Assembly (NCBI RefSeq): GCF_963921235.1
Contig: NC_086097.1
Span: forward strand, 12,586,001-12,650,000
Length of the DNA: 64,000 nucleotides
Origin: Mobula hypostoma
Lineage: Eukaryota
Direction of reading: 5' to 3'
Shown: positions 61,969 to 64,000 of the stretch, piece after piece
How positions within the stretch are numbered: position 1 is the stretch's first letter
Layout of the letters: every line of letters begins with the position of its first letter
Translations under genes and position numbers: made by a program
Notes under the pieces: model-generated
The model's database searches: none
What the model saw: the letters and a program-made list of their open reading frames with translations, nothing else
What the model was told of the DNA's origin: nothing

Positions 61969-62215
61969 GTAAACACAAAATAAACTGCAGATGCTGGGAT
62001 CAAAGCAACACTCACAACATGCTGGAGGAACTCAGCAGGTCGGGCAGCATCCGTGGAAAGGATTGGTTGATGTTTTGGGCCGGAACCCTTTTTGATAGGG
62101 CCTCTGCCCCTTCCCTCTACAGTCCTGATGAAGGGTTCTGGCCCGAAACGTCGACCGATCCTTTCCACAGATGCTGCCTGACTTGCTGAGTTCCTCCAGT
62201 GTGTTGTGAGTGTTG
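61969..62215. mobile_element. Penelope-derived fold-back element
   Basis: 86-bp arms at 62005-62090 and 62131-62216; flanking duplication CCAGGAG(T/C)ACCTC at 61956-61968 and 62216-62228. Confidence 0.85.
62120..62157 (+). ncRNA. Minimal type I hammerhead ribozyme motif (Penelope-associated)
   Basis: CAGTC CTGATGA A GGG TTCTGG CCC GAAA CGTC GACCG: intact core, helix II, palindromic ACGT helix III, predicted cleavage after C62152. Confidence 0.75.
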
Positions 62216-63199
62216 CCAGGAGCACCTCACCCAGCCCTGTGCTGGAGTTCCTTTGTCCTGTCCAGCAGTCTCATGTCCAGTCCTGTAGTCTAGCCACATC
62301 CAGTCCTCGCCTAGATCCAGGGTCCGAGCCCGAGTCAAGACCCAGGTTCCGGGTCCCTGTCCAGTTTCTGGCTTGGAGTCTCAAGGAGGGGGTCCTGGGT
62401 TTGTGTGCTGTGTACAAGTCCTGGCCCTCCATCCTGCTCCTGAGGAGGGGTCCTTGTTCCTGGTTCCTCGTCTGGGTTCCTTGCTTCTAGCCCAGGCCCT
62501 GAATCCTAGACTGGTCCCGGGCCTGTGTCAATGTCCAGCATCGTTCCTCCCCTTGCTTTCTTGACACACCAGTCCTGTTCCTAGTACTTCAGAGTCTGTG
62601 TCTTGCATTTGGGTCCACTCCCAGTCCCTCCTTATGACATAAATACACGTTTATATCTATTAAATAGTTAAATTAAAACAAGTAGTGCAAAATAACAGAA
62701 ATAAAGTAGTGAGGTAGGGTAGTGCCTACAGGTTGAATGTCCATTTAGAAGTGGGATGGTGGAGGGGAAGAAGCTGTTCCTGAGTGTGTGTCTTCAGGCT
62801 TCTGTACTTCCTTCCCAATGGTGACAGTGTGAAGAAGGCATATCCTGGGTGGTGGGGATTCTTAACGATGGTAGCTGCTTTCCTATGGCACCATTCCTTG
62901 AAGATGTCTTTGATATTACAAAGGTTGCATGTATGTAGGTTGTCAGCGTGTGCTTAGATGTTTCAATATACTGTGCATGTGACAAATGAAGCTTATCCCT
63001 GAACTTCTGTTTAACACTATGGGTGGTGTATATCTGTAATGTGTTATCAGAGGAAGTGGTTAGGGCAGCGCAGGTATAATAACAACTTTTGAAATACAGA
63101 TAGAGAGGTACATGGATAAGAAACATTTAGAAATTTATTGACCAAATGTTGATAAGTGAGGCTAAGCTCGGATGGGGCATTGATCACCTTGGAGGCTTG

Positions 63200-63482
63200 T
63201 GGCTGTGGATTCGTTTTCCAGGGACTCTGCAGTTTGTTGTTTAGTGTCCTCAGCACTGATTGTGCTCCATGGCCATGGACTTACTTTCATGTTCCATTTG
63301 TTTTTGTTTACTCATTTTAATAATTTCCCCTGTTTTTTTGTGTATGCTCACATTGGGCATTTGTCAGTTTTTTTTTAAAAGTGTTCTTTTGGGTTTCTTT
63401 GTTTTGTGGCTATATGTAAAGCGAAGAAACTCGGTTGTATAATGTGTACATACATTGACAATAAATGTACTTTGAACTTTGA
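63200..63482 (+). mobile_element. Retroelement 3' UTR fragment
   Basis: Ends AATAAATGTACTTTGAACTTTG. Confidence 0.55.
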
Positions 63483-64000
63483 CATCCTGGCTATCATGTA
63501 AAGTTTGGGCCAAAGGGCCTGTTTCCACATCGCATGACGCTAAGATTTTATTTCCACTGACTGAAGGACATAGCACAATCCTATTTATGTTTGTAACAAT
63601 CCACTAGTTTCATAGTCACCAGAGCAAATATTGATTTTTATTTAATGTTGTATTTATTTTTAATCAATTAACTAAGTTTTGATTCTCTTAGTGGAATTTG
63701 AATTCATGACCCAGATCAATTAGTCCAGGCCCCTGGATTGTTAGTGCAATTACAAAACCATTGTATTACTCTATTATTTTAATATATTTCCTATTTTAAT
63801 GTTACTCCCATGTTAATACACCAAAATGATTTATTCAAGATCCCTAGAAGCCAAGAAGGACTGAATAAACAGTGTTATATTTACCCTCAAGGATTACCTA
63901 GAATTGAAGAAATAGGACACTCATTTTTGTAACTTCTTCCACTGAAACACTGGAGTACTCTTCCAAATATCACCTTGCATTTCATTTTGATACTGAGATA

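Larger units (their letters stand above)
61391..62639. mobile_element. Solo LTR inserted in a Rex1 3' UTR
   Basis: TGTCAT..ATGACA termini; 5-bp TSD TAAGT/TAAAT; flanks 61265-61390 and 62640-62910 rejoin as a minus-strand Rex1 3' end like 49805-50190. Confidence 0.8.

Noticed and set aside
1..64000. Numerous 60-160 aa ORFs in the supplied track
   Set aside because: Nearly all lie in recognisable transposon fragments or are antisense or chance frames; repeated peptides reflect SINE copies

Overview
Eukaryotic, repeat-dense, mostly non-coding DNA, probably the intron or intergenic space of a cartilaginous fish. That attribution is inferred from the repeat repertoire: HE1/V-type SINEs, DeuSINE, CR1, Rex1/Babar, RTE and Penelope-like elements. 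I recognised no intact host gene, and there is no CRISPR array, rRNA or true tRNA gene. Most of the window is nested retro- and DNA-transposon debris. It includes a young CR1 with a long open RT frame, a Tc1 with long TIRs, mariner, hAT and piggyBac-type MITEs, a Gypsy relic and a solo LTR. The most notable signals are: (1) many Penelope-derived minimal type I hammerhead ribozyme motifs, including one with an intact core inside a TSD-flanked fold-back element; (2) short candidate host exons in repeat-free islands, namely a minus-strand 49/10/80-nt chain and a plus-strand 36-nt exon starting at an AG|GTAAG recursive-type site; (3) a multi-stem structured element at 4669-4808. Element boundaries were read by eye and are approximate unless a TSD or TIR is quoted.
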